This document shows positions 48,500 through 59,498 of a stretch of DNA of 64,000 nt, piece by piece. The stretch comes from Cyanobacteria bacterium P01_D01_bin.156 (GTDB lineage Bacteria; Cyanobacteriota; Cyanobacteriia; Phormidesmidales; Phormidesmidaceae). Where the stretch lies: positions 40,065-104,064 of the forward strand of contig JBCCQQ010000014.1 in NCBI GenBank assembly GCA_039024555.1, read 5' to 3'. Each line of letters begins with the position of its first letter. Position 1 is the first letter of the stretch. A program made the position numbers and the translations under genes. The notes under the pieces are model-generated. The model saw only the letters and a program-made list of their open reading frames with translations, did no database searches and had not been told where the DNA came from.

Positions 48500-51214
48500 T
48501 TACTCAGTCTCATCATCGGTATCAGTGGCGGCCGCAGAGGGTGAAGACTCTGCAGCCTCTGCGGTCGCATCATCTGCGGTTACGTCATCCTCATTTGCGG
48601 TCACATCCTCCTCCTTGCCTTCGGCCAGCTCAGACGCTTCCTCAGAGGCGTCCGCCAAGTCTTCTTCATCGATATCTAATTCAGGTACAACCGCAACTGC
48701 TGCGATCGCATCATCATCATCCAAGCGTTGGAGCTGTACCCCCGTCGCCATCCGCGATTGGACTGAAATCGCATCAATAGCCTGACGAATAATGATCCCC
48801 CGCTGGGTTACTAGCATCAATTCATCTCGAGGACTGACGACGCGTAGAGCCACAAGCTCGTCATTGTCCTTACGGAATTTCATACCTACCAGACCCATAC
48901 CAGCTCGGTTTTGTAACCGGAAGTTATCAACTGGGACCCGTTTACCCAGGCCACCCGCCGCAATGACCAGTACCCAGGGACCAGCATCTGCTTCCGCAAT
49001 AGCGGTATCTTCTTCATTTTCAGCAACCTCGGGATCATCCTCAGCACCAGAAGCCGCCACCTGCTCAGTTACCGACGCAGGCAAAATATCCATACTGATC
49101 AACCGGTCACCCTCTCGCAAAGACATGGACTTAACCCCGCGAGTAGGGCGTCCCAAGGGCCTTAGCTGAGTACCATCGGCCCTAAAGTGGATAGTCATGC
49201 CGTGGTGCGAACCGATGATAATGCTATCTTCTGCCCGAGCCAGTCGAACCCAGCGAAGCTGATCGCCTTCCTCCAAAGCAATGGCCTTTAACCCACTGGC
49301 ACGGATATTACTAAAGGCTGACAGGGCCGTCTTCTTAATAAACCCGCCCTGGGTGAGCATTACCAAGTAAACATCTTCAGCAAATTCCTGTACTCCCAGA
49401 ACCGAAGTCACCTTCTCTTCGCGGGGAATGGGCAGCATTTGCACAATGGGATTTCCCCGAGCGACCCGAGATCCTTCAGGAATCTGGTAGGCTCGCAACG
49501 TGTAAGCCACACCTCGATCAGTAAAGAACAACACATGATCGTGGGTACAGCAGGTGATGAAATGCTCAATGGCATCGTCATCCTTCATACGGGTGCCAGA
49601 CTTACCCCGAGTGGCTCGATTTTGAGCCTCAAATGTAGAGACGGGCATGCGCTTTATGTAACCCTGCTCAGTGACCAAAATCACCACTTGTTCATTGGCA
49701 ATCAAAGAAATATCGGTCAGCTCATCCTCGGCTGACTCAATGATTGTGCGACGCTCGTCAGCATGGGCATCGCGTAGCTGCACCAGCTCCTCTTCAATGA
49801 TTGCCAAAATGCGCTCGCGGCGGGCTAGGATATCGCGCAAATCAGTAATTTTTGCCTGTAGTGCTTCATGTTCCTGCTGAATCTTATCGGCTTCTAACGC
49901 TGTCAGACGACGAAGCTGCATTTGCAAAATGGCATCGGCTTGCGCAGAAGAGAGCTCATAGGATTCCATCAGTTCCTGTTTTGCTGAAGCCGCATCAGGC
50001 GCATTGCGAATTAGGCTGATCACAGCATCCAGATTGTCTAACGCAATCAGATATCCTTGGAGAATATGATCTCGCTCTTCTGCTTTGCGTAATTCATACC
50101 GGGTGCGGCGGGTAATTGTTTCTACACGAAATTCTAAAAAGACGTCTAAAAACTGCCGCAGGGTCAACAACTGTGGCTCACCATTGACCAAAGCGAGCAT
50201 GTTGACACCAAAGTTGTTCTGCAGTGGCGTCTGTTTGTAGAGATTGTTGAGCACCACCTTGGGATAGGCGTCCCGCTTGAGTTCTATTACCACTCGCATA
50301 CCATCGCGATCGCTCTCATCACGAATATCTGAGATACCATCTAAACGGCGATCGTTCACCATTTCGGCAATCTTCTCAATCAGCCCTGCCTTATTGGTTT
50401 GGTAAGGTAATTCCGTGATAATAATCGCTTCTCGGTCAGGGCGGCCTGTGTATTCAAGGGTCTCGATGGTAGCGACACCCCGCATCGTGACCGACCCTCT
50501 TCCGGTGAGATAGGCATCGCGAATACCGTTACTGCCAACAATGAGTGCCCCAGTTGGAAAATCTGGCCCATGGATATGCTGCTGCATCAGTTCCTGACTG
50601 GTGATTTCAGGATTTTGGATCAAGGCGATGACACCATCCACGAGTTCTCCCAAATTGTGGGGAGGAATATTGGTGGCCATACCCACCGCAATTCCCGAGG
50701 AGCCGTTCAACAACAGCTGCGGCACCCGCGCAGGCATGACTGTCGGCTCTTGCTGCGACCCGTCAAAGTTGTCGGCAAAATCAACAGTTTCAGATTCGAT
50801 ATCTTGCAGCAGTGCAGAACTGGTCAACGCATGCAGCCTCGACTCCGTATATCGCATTGCCGCAGGCGGATCGTTGTCGATGGAGCCAAAATTACCATGA
50901 CCAGAAATCAGCGGTGCTCGCATGGAAAAGTCTTGGGCCATGCGCACCAGCGCATCGTATACAGCCGTATCGCCGTGGGGATGATATTTACCCAGTACTT
51001 CCCCCACTACACGGGCGCATTTTCGAAAAGGCCGATCCGCCGTTAAACCCAGTTCGTGCATGGCGTAGAGAATGCGACGATGCACGGGTTTTAGACCGTC
51101 CCTGGCATCTGGCAAGGCTCGCCCCACAATGACGCTCATGGCGTATTCTAGGTAAGAACGAGACATCTCGTTGCGCAGATCAGTGGATACAATCCGGTCC
51201 TGGGGGTTACTCAT
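48500..51214 (-). CDS. gyrA: DNA gyrase subunit A
   Basis: '[24 protein letters not shown]', 'YHPHGD', catalytic 'AAMRYTE', GyrA-box-like 'QNRATRG', acidic tail. Confidence 0.97.
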   Translation of the reverse strand: MSNPQDRIVSTDLRNEMSRSYLEYAMSVIVGRALPDARDGLKPVHRRILYAMHELGLTADRPFRKCARVVGEVLGKYHPHGDTAVYDALVRMAQDFSMRAPLISGHGNFGSIDNDPPAAMRYTESRLHALTSSALLQDIESETVDFADNFDGSQQEPTVMPARVPQLLLNGSSGIAVGMATNIPPHNLGELVDGVIALIQNPEITSQELMQQHIHGPDFPTGALIVGSNGIRDAYLTGRGSVTMRGVATIETLEYTGRPDREAIIITELPYQTNKAGLIEKIAEMVNDRRLDGISDIRDESDRDGMRVVIELKRDAYPKVVLNNLYKQTPLQNNFGVNMLALVNGEPQLLTLRQFLDVFLEFRVETITRRTRYELRKAEERDHILQGYLIALDNLDAVISLIRNAPDAASAKQELMESYELSSAQADAILQMQLRRLTALEADKIQQEHEALQAKITDLRDILARRERILAIIEEELVQLRDAHADERRTIIESAEDELTDISLIANEQVVILVTEQGYIKRMPVSTFEAQNRATRGKSGTRMKDDDAIEHFITCCTHDHVLFFTDRGVAYTLRAYQIPEGSRVARGNPIVQMLPIPREEKVTSVLGVQEFAEDVYLVMLTQGGFIKKTALSAFSNIRASGLKAIALEEGDQLRWVRLARAEDSIIIGSHHGMTIHFRADGTQLRPLGRPTRGVKSMSLREGDRLISMDILPASVTEQVAASGAEDDPEVAENEEDTAIAEADAGPWVLVIAAGGLGKRVPVDNFRLQNRAGMGLVGMKFRKDNDELVALRVVSPRDELMLVTQRGIIIRQAIDAISVQSRMATGVQLQRLDDDDAIAAVAVVPELDIDEEDLADASEEASELAEGKEEDVTANEDDVTADDATAEAAESSPSAAATDTDDETE

Positions 51215-51537
51215 ACAGAAAGGAGACTCCAAAAAAACAGGAAAATTTGCGGTTGAACCGCCTAATCTTTAATATTCTTGTCAGTTAGGTTCTTAAACTC
51301 ACCGAACAAGGCATTTAAGACTACTTTCCCTAGATGTTTTCTTTTATTTAGAACGCATAGAATTCTAGCATATCATTGCTGTTCTTGGACCATGCTGTAA
51401 CCCTAATAAATAAAGGGGTTTAGCATTGATTTTAGAGGGTAGTGCTACGGGAGTATGTCTCAGAACAGTTTATTGAAAAAATAAAGTCCGTAAAGCCTTC
51501 TATCGTCCATCATCTTAAAACCTCCAGAGAGAAAAAT

Positions 51538-52479
51538 ATGGTGTCTCCCTCCTCCTCTGTACCAGCACCCATGCGGGTCATCTATTCCAAGCGTTTTTTA
51601 GACCACGATACAGGGCGAGGACATCCTGAAAACTCAGGCCGGTTGGAGGCAGCAGTAGCCGTTCTAAAAAATCACGACATTAACCAAGATTTGGAGTGGG
51701 TAGAACCGAGCGATCGCAATCCACTTCCGGAAATCAATACCGTCCACGACCCTGCTTATGTATTGACCCTGGAGCGTATTGCCCAACGGGGTGGGGGACG
51801 ACTTGATGGCGATACTCCTGTTTCTGTGGATAGTTACGAGGTTGCTCTACTGGCGGTTGCGGCCTGGTTGGATGGAGTCGATTATGTCGTCAGTCAGCAG
51901 GCATCGAGCTTTATCCTAGCCCGCCCCCCAGGGCACCATGCAGAGTTCGCACAGGGAATGGGGTTTTGTCTCTTGAGTAATGCCGCTATTGCCGCCCACT
52001 ATGCCCTTAAACAACCGCACATTAATCGCATTGCCGTTCTTGACTGGGATGTGCACCACGGTAATGGCACTCAACAGTTAGTCGGTAGTCACCCCAAAAT
52101 TGCCTACTGCTCTCTGCATCAAATGCCCGCTTACCCAGGTACCGGGCGCGCAGAAGAAACTGGCAGCCATGGCAACATACGCAATATTCCCATGGCACCA
52201 GGAAGTGTTTTTAAGGATTACCATAGTTGTTTTGAAAAGCAGGTTCTTCCCTTTTTAGAACAGTTTCAGCCGGACCTGTTAATCATCAGTGCAGGCTATG
52301 ATGCAACAGCGGCAGATCCATTGGCTGGCATTAATCTTATGCCAGAAGACTACGAGGTGTTTACACAGTTGTGCAAAACCGTATGCCCCAAAATACTCTT
52401 TGGCCTTGAGGGGGGCTATGACTATCAATCCTTGAGCCAAGCTATCCTACACACTGTCAAAGGTTGGGTGGAAAATTAA
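51538..52479 (+). CDS. Histone deacetylase family (AcuC-like) protein
   Basis: Motifs 'HPE...RL', 'RPPGHHA', 'MGFC', 'DWDVHHGNGTQ', 'SAGYD' and 'LEGGY'. Confidence 0.95.
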   Translation: MVSPSSSVPAPMRVIYSKRFLDHDTGRGHPENSGRLEAAVAVLKNHDINQDLEWVEPSDRNPLPEINTVHDPAYVLTLERIAQRGGGRLDGDTPVSVDSYEVALLAVAAWLDGVDYVVSQQASSFILARPPGHHAEFAQGMGFCLLSNAAIAAHYALKQPHINRIAVLDWDVHHGNGTQQLVGSHPKIAYCSLHQMPAYPGTGRAEETGSHGNIRNIPMAPGSVFKDYHSCFEKQVLPFLEQFQPDLLIISAGYDATAADPLAGINLMPEDYEVFTQLCKTVCPKILFGLEGGYDYQSLSQAILHTVKGWVEN

Positions 52480-52543
52480 TTCCAGATTATCGTCTATCTA
52501 AAGCTATTGTTTCTCTCTGTTTAGTTGTTTTTTTAACAAGCTC

Positions 52544-52634
52544 GGCGGTGCTGATCTCCAGGAAGATTTTATCTGCCAAATCCAGGTAAATACTAAGTTC
52601 TACAGATCGTCTCCTCCCCTAAATCAGCAACGGC
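52544..52634. repeat. ~90-bp MITE-like dispersed repeat, copy 3
   Basis: GGCGGTGCTGATCT...GATTTTATCTGCCAAATC...AGTTCTACAGATCGT...CCCCTAAATCAGCAACGGC. Confidence 0.75.
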
Positions 52635-52698
52635 ACAAGCCCTAATATGGGTTTATTGGGCTGATTGATTAGGGGTATCGAACACCTAATTTAAACCC

Positions 52699-52737
52699 AC
52701 TAAAAAAGGAGCCTCTAAATAAGGCTCCTTTTTTAGT
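52699..52737. terminator. Bidirectional terminator (HDAC / glgP convergent)
   Basis: ACTAAAAAAGGAGCCT...AGGCTCCTTTTTTAGT. Confidence 0.8.
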
Positions 52738-52773
52738 AAACCGATATCACACGGCTATGACAGCTTGTAGCGT

Positions 52774-55401
52774 CTATGCACCAACTTGGGCAAGGGTGGG
52801 AGACTCCACTGAGCCAATAACAATGCGTACACGGTCTGGGTCAGCCCACATCACCAAACGAGGAGTGTAGGGACTGCTCAGATGCTCATGCTGGGGCAAC
52901 ACGCGCAATGAGAACCCTTGGAGACCACTCTGTCCATAAGCCACATTGAGGGTGTACAAACTGCTGCCATCAGAGTCTTGACCTCGATAGACCATAGCGG
53001 TAGCTTGACCACCCTGCAATTCTCCATCAACATCGATACCGCCTTGGTAAAATTCAACGGAGACATCAGCTGCCTGGAGATGGCCTAAATACACCCGCGC
53101 AGTGACCTGTAGGGGCTCATTCACCTGTAGGTCAACATCATGGGACAGATAAATCTCTGCAATCGAGATTTGTTGCCAATGTTGGTACAGTTCGGATTGC
53201 CATTGAGCAAGAGCTTTAGCAGGCGCATAGCCCTCGACTACAAGCTCACGGCTCCGATCCGATGCGGCAAAATATCCATGGTTGGCATAATCTTGTAGCA
53301 TCCGAGCGGTGTTAAACGCAGGGGTGTTTAACCGAATAGCAGACTTCATCTTGGCGACCCAGCCGCGGGGAATGCCATTGGCATCACGATCGTAAAAGAG
53401 GGGTACCACAGCTGTTTCCAGCAACTCATAAAGATCGTTGGCCTCTACTTCGTCCTGGTAATCAGGATCGTCATAGTCTTCACCAGAACCGATGGGCCAA
53501 CCGGTGCTGACATAGTCGGCTTCATCCCACCAGCCATCTAGAACACTGAGGTTGGGCAGACCGTTCATTGCAGCTTTCATACCGCTCGTGCCAGAGGCTT
53601 CCCGAGGACGACGGGGATTATTAAGCCACACATCACAGCCAGAAACCATCCAGCGCGCCACGTGAATATCGTAGTTAGGAACAAACACAATGGAACGATC
53701 CAACCCTTCATCACGGGTGAAGTGAATAATGTTGCGAATCAGCTCTTTGCCAGGAATATCCTTGGGATGGGCCTTACCGGCAATCACAAACTGTACTCGA
53801 CGACCGAGAGAGTTTTGAACAATCTTGCGCAGACGCTCCACATCTCTGAGAAACAGAGTAGCCCGCTTATAGGTGGCAAAGCGGCGAGCAAAACCGATGG
53901 TCAAAATGCTGGGGTCCAATACCTCTTGGGCTCGTTCCATTTCTAAATGGGAACCGCCCCGTTCCTTAACCGCGTTATACAAGCGATCGCGAACGGACAT
54001 CACTAAATGAGAGCGACAGCTTTCATGGTTGCGCCAAACTTCTTCATCGGGAATAGCATTCACCTTATCCCAGAGGGCATCATCAACGCCAGCGCTATCC
54101 CAGGTGGGGCCTAAGTAGCGATCGTAAAGTTCCTGAGTAGAACGAGCAACACAGCTGCGGGCATGAACCCCGTTGGTGATCGACGTAATAGGTACTTCGT
54201 TGATCGGTAAATTGGGCCAGAGGCCGCCAAACATTTTGCGTGAAACCGCGCCGTGTAGTTTGCTAACACCGTTAACAAAAGACGCCATCTTAATGGCTAA
54301 TACCGCCATGCTAAAGGAAGCATCGTTATCGTTATCATCCTCACGACCTAACGATAGGAAGTGCTCGTGAGAAAGTCCAAAGCGTGCGGCATAGTGCCCT
54401 AGGTAATGGAAAACCTTATCTGGAGGGAAGAGGTCGATGCCTGCAGGTACAGGGGTATGGGTGGTAAAAAGCTGAGTGGCTTGAGCAACTTGCTGAGCTT
54501 CACTAAAGCTCAGCGACTGATCGTCCATCAGCATGCGAATACGCTCTAGAGCCAAAAATGCAGAGTGCCCCTCATTCAGGTGATAGGCAGAGGGATTTAG
54601 CCCCAGAGCCTTCAGCATACGTACACCACCGATCCCCAGCATCATTTCCTGCTGGATCCGCATATCAATGTCGCCACCGTAGAGGCGATCGCAAATATCC
54701 TGGTCGTGGGGAGCGTTGGGTTCGATGTTTGTATCTAGCAGATACAGGGGAACTCGACCCACTTGCACTCGCCAAACGCGAGCGTAGACCTTACGTCCAG
54801 GGAAATCTACGGCAATCCGCAGTTCGTTACCTTGGCGATCACGCTCCAGAGTCAGGGGCATGTTGTAGAAATCATTGATGGGGTAGCGTTCCTGCTGCCA
54901 ACCATCGGCATTTAGGTACTGAGCGAAATAACCTTCTTGATAAAGTAAACCCACACCTACCAGGGGCAGGCCCAAATCACTGGCGGTTTTGAGATGATCC
55001 CCTGCCAGTACGCCTAAACCACCAGAATAGACCGGCAAGCAAGTGGTCAGACCAAACTCCATGGAGAAGTAGGCATAGCACTCATTATCGGTGGGCTGCT
55101 GACGATTTGTATCGTACCAGGACTGGGCATTTAGATAATAGTCTAAACGCTCCACCGCATGGTTCATTTGAGCAATAAACCCACCATCTTCAGCCATTGC
55201 CTGTAACCGCTCTTGGCTGATGGTACTGAGCATCAGCACAGGGTTATAGCGACTGGAGATCCACAAGTCAGGGTCGAGTCGCTTAAACAAATCGATAGTT
55301 CCGCTATCCCAATCCCAATGAATATTCTCTGCTAAACGTTGCAAAGGACTTAACGAAGGGGGCAGTGTAGGCGTAACGTTAAAGGTACGAATCGGGCGCA
55401 T
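52774..55401 (-). CDS. glgP: Alpha-glucan (glycogen) phosphorylase
   Basis: 'YFSMEFGL...YSGGLGVLAGDHLK', 'HLNEGH', 'GFARRFATYKRA', PLP motif 'EASGTSGMKAAMNG'. Confidence 0.97.
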   Translation of the reverse strand: MRPIRTFNVTPTLPPSLSPLQRLAENIHWDWDSGTIDLFKRLDPDLWISSRYNPVLMLSTISQERLQAMAEDGGFIAQMNHAVERLDYYLNAQSWYDTNRQQPTDNECYAYFSMEFGLTTCLPVYSGGLGVLAGDHLKTASDLGLPLVGVGLLYQEGYFAQYLNADGWQQERYPINDFYNMPLTLERDRQGNELRIAVDFPGRKVYARVWRVQVGRVPLYLLDTNIEPNAPHDQDICDRLYGGDIDMRIQQEMMLGIGGVRMLKALGLNPSAYHLNEGHSAFLALERIRMLMDDQSLSFSEAQQVAQATQLFTTHTPVPAGIDLFPPDKVFHYLGHYAARFGLSHEHFLSLGREDDNDNDASFSMAVLAIKMASFVNGVSKLHGAVSRKMFGGLWPNLPINEVPITSITNGVHARSCVARSTQELYDRYLGPTWDSAGVDDALWDKVNAIPDEEVWRNHESCRSHLVMSVRDRLYNAVKERGGSHLEMERAQEVLDPSILTIGFARRFATYKRATLFLRDVERLRKIVQNSLGRRVQFVIAGKAHPKDIPGKELIRNIIHFTRDEGLDRSIVFVPNYDIHVARWMVSGCDVWLNNPRRPREASGTSGMKAAMNGLPNLSVLDGWWDEADYVSTGWPIGSGEDYDDPDYQDEVEANDLYELLETAVVPLFYDRDANGIPRGWVAKMKSAIRLNTPAFNTARMLQDYANHGYFAASDRSRELVVEGYAPAKALAQWQSELYQHWQQISIAEIYLSHDVDLQVNEPLQVTARVYLGHLQAADVSVEFYQGGIDVDGELQGGQATAMVYRGQDSDGSSLYTLNVAYGQSGLQGFSLRVLPQHEHLSSPYTPRLVMWADPDRVRIVIGSVESPTLAQVGA

Positions 55402-56116
55402 AGTTAAGTGTTCTTCTTCCGATGATATGCGAATGCTTTTAGTTCCCTCATATTCTGGCCTTGCCGACCAAGTTTGAAGTGCGTTCCTTAATACTGTCTT
55501 TGCTCCCATCAGCTACCTACAAGGCAACAAATCACCTAGGAGTAAGGACTATCACCAAAGCTAAATTTTTTCTTCAATTAACAACGACAGAGCTGTTTTG
55601 GTTGCGTTCAATTGCCTTTTGTTTCATTTTGTTTTGTGAGGTAACCTAAATTGAATATAAGCATCCTATGTGCAACACTTGTGGGCTTGTTAAAAATCAG
55701 CATCACGGCCTTGTATATTTACATCATGGTTTAACAAACTTTTCAGGCTTAAACCGTGAAGTCGTTTCTTAACAGCTCCGATGTTGCCGTTATAGATATC
55801 GGCACCCATTCAATTTTGTTACTGATTGCTAAAAAAATGCTTCCCTTGAGCAGTGGGCTTGCGGGTCTGACCCCTCGCCCCTCTTTAGCACCCGCTCCCA
55901 AGTAGATACCCATTTTGGACGCTAGAGCACGAAGCCCACTACACATCTCTGGGAGCCTTAAGTTCTTTAGTAGAGGTACCACTAGAGCATCAGATTGAGT
56001 CATTGATGCTAAAACGACAGGCTTAATAAAGAGTGGGACTGCAACGATCATCCCATAGCGTTATTAGAGCGCGAACGATTGAAAGTAGTGCGAGGTGCAC
56101 GCGATGGCATTGCCCT

Positions 56117-57454
56117 TTAAGCTCCGACTCCTTTAAGACGACAACCCACTCCCCCCTGTTCTTGAAGACTCTTTTGGGCTAAAGCCTGGGGAGTAAAAAA
56201 TATTTTTTCAACCACGCCTAACTCTTTAACTAAGAGATCTTCCAATGCGTCTTCTTGTTCCTTTAATCCACCATTAGTGATGTAGTAAGTGTGGCCATCA
56301 GCGCCCTCCACAAATTCACCATTAAAAAAATTGTAGAACACATCGTTTTCCAATGTCTCGCGTCGCACATCTAGGCCAGCGAGTTGTAAATCTCTAGCCG
56401 CATCATTCTCAAGCCTACACTGCAGTTCCCGTTTAATAACCATAGTCTGGGCGGTTAGACTGGGGACTAATTCTGCCATTTCTAGGGCATCGGCAAGAGC
56501 AGCACTGCTGTCATTGACAATGACCATGCCATTGCCCACAAAAAGTAACCCCATATCTAAGTGAAATTTTCCAGGCTGTTCTACGCAAATGACGGACTCA
56601 ATGGTGTCTAATCCAAAATCTTCGGCAATAATTTGTCTAACATCGTCATTGCTTAATTGATATAGATGGGCGGTGGTTGAGATTGCATCCTTACCCACCA
56701 AGGTAATGGATTTGCCAGCTGCGTCCTCCCCTGTGATCATGTTGCCGCCTTCAATGTAAGCTCGGATATGACCCACATATTCTCCCTTAGCCCTAGCTGT
56801 CTGCGCCAGTTCTAGTCCTGTCTCTAGCTCATTCACCCGCACCCCCAGAACAATCCATAAATGATCGTCTCGGAGAATCTCTTCTAACTGCTCTGGGGTT
56901 ACTTTACCCTGCCATCGTTCGCGTCTACCTGTTGTCATAGCCCACTCAAGCAGCTCGTTGTCAAATGTTTGCAAGACAGCCATCTGACCATCTTCCAAAT
57001 ATTCCACACTGTCCTCTGCCCATTTAGAAACTGGGTTTTGAGTGATCGAAAGACCGTAATCAAGTGTGCGATAGCTATCCTGAGAAAACTCTTCTAAAAT
57101 CTCTTCTCGACAATCTTTATCGGTAACAATCTCCAGCCGAATCCCAAGGGTTTGGATCGTTTTGGCAAAGAATCGCAAATAATCGAGCTCGATCATCCCC
57201 GATGAATCGGTTTGGCTACGCATATAGTTCATATGCAATACCCGAGTACGGCCACTGGGAGTTTTTTTATGGGGCAGCGCTCTCACGGTATTCACATCTG
57301 GAAGGTGCGCACGAATACTACCTTGAATAGCCTTAATGCGATCGCAATTACCCTTTTCAAGACTTCTGAGCTGTTTATGCAGCTGAGGTAACGACAAATC
57401 CGTCATAGAGTCTGATGTATGAGCATTCAGAGGGTCTGTCGTTATATCCTGCAT
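56117..57454 (-). CDS. Putative pentein-superfamily (deiminase/amidinotransferase-like) enzyme
   Basis: Ordered motifs 'KWAED', 'IEGGN', 'FHLDM', 'NFFNG' and C-terminal 'GGVGC'. Confidence 0.6.
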   Translation of the reverse strand: MQDITTDPLNAHTSDSMTDLSLPQLHKQLRSLEKGNCDRIKAIQGSIRAHLPDVNTVRALPHKKTPSGRTRVLHMNYMRSQTDSSGMIELDYLRFFAKTIQTLGIRLEIVTDKDCREEILEEFSQDSYRTLDYGLSITQNPVSKWAEDSVEYLEDGQMAVLQTFDNELLEWAMTTGRRERWQGKVTPEQLEEILRDDHLWIVLGVRVNELETGLELAQTARAKGEYVGHIRAYIEGGNMITGEDAAGKSITLVGKDAISTTAHLYQLSNDDVRQIIAEDFGLDTIESVICVEQPGKFHLDMGLLFVGNGMVIVNDSSAALADALEMAELVPSLTAQTMVIKRELQCRLENDAARDLQLAGLDVRRETLENDVFYNFFNGEFVEGADGHTYYITNGGLKEQEDALEDLLVKELGVVEKIFFTPQALAQKSLQEQGGVGCRLKGVGA

Positions 57455-57703
57455 TCTTTATGAATCCCCATCACATCTTAGACACCCATCCATCAAACCA
57501 TACCCTAGAGGGAATCAACCCCCCTGGCCTAAAACATCGTCAACGAGGGCTTGTAACAATTCCTCAAAGTTTATAAGCCCCGATCTTAATAGAATGATAA
57601 CAATACTCACTATTTAGTAGAGCCAGGTTTTGCTATTAGCTGATAACAACAGTTGATAATCCTGGTTCAGCCCATACACGATAAAAAAAATTGGAGATAG
57701 TAA

Positions 57704-59350
57704 ATGGTTAGCACATTTGCGAGTCCTGCTACAAATACTGCAATTAGTTTAGGTACACAGTGTTTTGATGAAACTGAACCTGTGCAGCTATGGCTCAACG
57801 ATTCTTTAGAAACTATTAATGTTGTAATTCGCGCTATTTACAAACAAGTTTTTGGTAATTCCCATGTGATGGAGAGTGAGCGGACTGCCCTAACGGATGC
57901 AGAATCACAGCTGCGTAACCATACCATCACTGTACGAGAATTTATTCGCCAAATTGCTAAATCTGAGCTGTACCGCAGCCGCTTTTTTGAACCCTGTTCT
58001 CGTAGTCGATTTATCGAGCTTAACTTTAAGCATCTCTTGGGTCGTGCTCCCAATGACTACAGCGATATTGCAGACCATAGCAATATTCTTGAAACCGCAG
58101 GTTTTGACGCAGAGATTGACACATATCTCGATAGCGAAGAATATCTCCTATCCTTTGGAGAGAATACAGTACCCTATTATCGAGGCCATCAGTCCCCAAC
58201 TGGACAAAAAGTGGCTGGTTTTGCCAATCTCTTAAAACTGTTGCGAGGCAATGCTAGCAATGACAACACGCCCGCTTACTATCAGTCTCAAGCACGCTTA
58301 ATCCAGGCTTTGATGGCTGATCATGTGGGTGCGATCGCCCCCGTTAGCAGACCAGCCACCCATTCCCCCATGTTCCTACAGGCAGAACCCAAACTTACCC
58401 AAGCGCAAATTACGTCTCAGAAAACAGTTAAGGGGTATGAATCTTTCCGCCAAACACCACCGGTAGAACTCGTCCCTGGTGCCTCAGAAGACGACATTGA
58501 AATCGTCATTCGAGCTGTCTATCGACAGGTTATGGGGAATGCCCACATTATGGAAAGTGAGCGTTTGGTGGTTCCTGAATCTCAGCTTAAAAATGGCGAA
58601 TTGAGTGTCCGAGAGTTTGTGCGTCAGGTGGCAAAGTCTGAACTTTATCAATCTCGGTTTACCGATTGCTATCGCTATCGAGCCATGGAGCTTCACTTTA
58701 AGCACTTATTAGGCCGTGCCCCCCAGGACTTTTCCGAAATGAAGGCCCACAGTGCTATTTTGGACACACAAGGGTATGAGGCAGACATCGACTCCTACCT
58801 TGATAGCGACGAATACAACAACGCGTTTGGCGAGAATATCGTGCCTTACTATCGTGGTTACAACAGCACTCCAGGGCAGACCATGGTGGAATTTGCCAAC
58901 ATGTTGCACCTGCTTAAGGGAGCTTCTAGCAGCGATAAAGACCTAACGGACAATCGCCCACGGGTTACTAATGGCATCCTGCCCTATCAGGAACCCAAGG
59001 TTAGCAAACCTCGGGATGCCCAAGAGATCTTGGCAGAAGTGTTTAAGTTCACTCCGTCGACAACAACACCTGTTACGCCAGTCCCACAGACTCAGGAAAG
59101 CGAACAGGATTTACTCATTGCCAAGCTGCAGCAACAGTTGGCAGCCCTACGTCCTTCGGCAAACATCGGGGCATCGGTTCTACGGAAAGGTGCACAGCCT
59201 TTAACAGTGGCAGGCAATCAGCCCTTTGCACAAGCTGATGAAAAAGCAGCCTTAATCCAACGATTAAGAGGAGAACTCATGGAAGCTCAAGCCCTGGCAA
59301 CTATTGGCAGCAACCGTCTTAACAAGTGGCAACAGCGTAACTTCCGTTAG
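57704..59350 (+). CDS. Phycobilisome rod linker with two linker domains (probably phycoerythrin-associated)
   Basis: Two copies of 'IRA.Y.QV.GN.H.MESER....ESQL....VREF.RQ.AKSELY..RF......EL.FKHLLGRAP...IDSYLDS.EY...FGEN.VPYYRG'. Confidence 0.92.
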   Translation: MVSTFASPATNTAISLGTQCFDETEPVQLWLNDSLETINVVIRAIYKQVFGNSHVMESERTALTDAESQLRNHTITVREFIRQIAKSELYRSRFFEPCSRSRFIELNFKHLLGRAPNDYSDIADHSNILETAGFDAEIDTYLDSEEYLLSFGENTVPYYRGHQSPTGQKVAGFANLLKLLRGNASNDNTPAYYQSQARLIQALMADHVGAIAPVSRPATHSPMFLQAEPKLTQAQITSQKTVKGYESFRQTPPVELVPGASEDDIEIVIRAVYRQVMGNAHIMESERLVVPESQLKNGELSVREFVRQVAKSELYQSRFTDCYRYRAMELHFKHLLGRAPQDFSEMKAHSAILDTQGYEADIDSYLDSDEYNNAFGENIVPYYRGYNSTPGQTMVEFANMLHLLKGASSSDKDLTDNRPRVTNGILPYQEPKVSKPRDAQEILAEVFKFTPSTTTPVTPVPQTQESEQDLLIAKLQQQLAALRPSANIGASVLRKGAQPLTVAGNQPFAQADEKAALIQRLRGELMEAQALATIGSNRLNKWQQRNFR

Positions 59351-59357
59351 TAGAGAT

Positions 59358-59446
59358 GAGTGAATAGAGGGATTTCCCCTATTCACTCAAACTGCTTGAT
59401 ATATGAAATGGGAGGGGGCACTCAAAGATGTCCCCTCCCATTTCAT
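59358..59446. terminator. Tandem hairpins between convergent linker genes
   Basis: Stems GAGTGAATAG/CTATTCACTC and TATGAAATGGGAGGGG/CCCCTCCCATTTCATA. Confidence 0.7.
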
Positions 59447-59498
59447 AATCGCGTATTGCTAATCTTGTCTCTGTGGCCGCTAAGACACAACTAAAGTA

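Noticed and set aside
48500..51214. Unusual gyrA features (Thr in the quinolone-resistance region, acidic tail, intein)
   Set aside because: These features are ordinary for cyanobacterial GyrA, and no intein-sized insertion is present.
55749..56051. 100-aa ORF between glgP and the pentein gene
   Set aside because: No domain features and no convincing start context.
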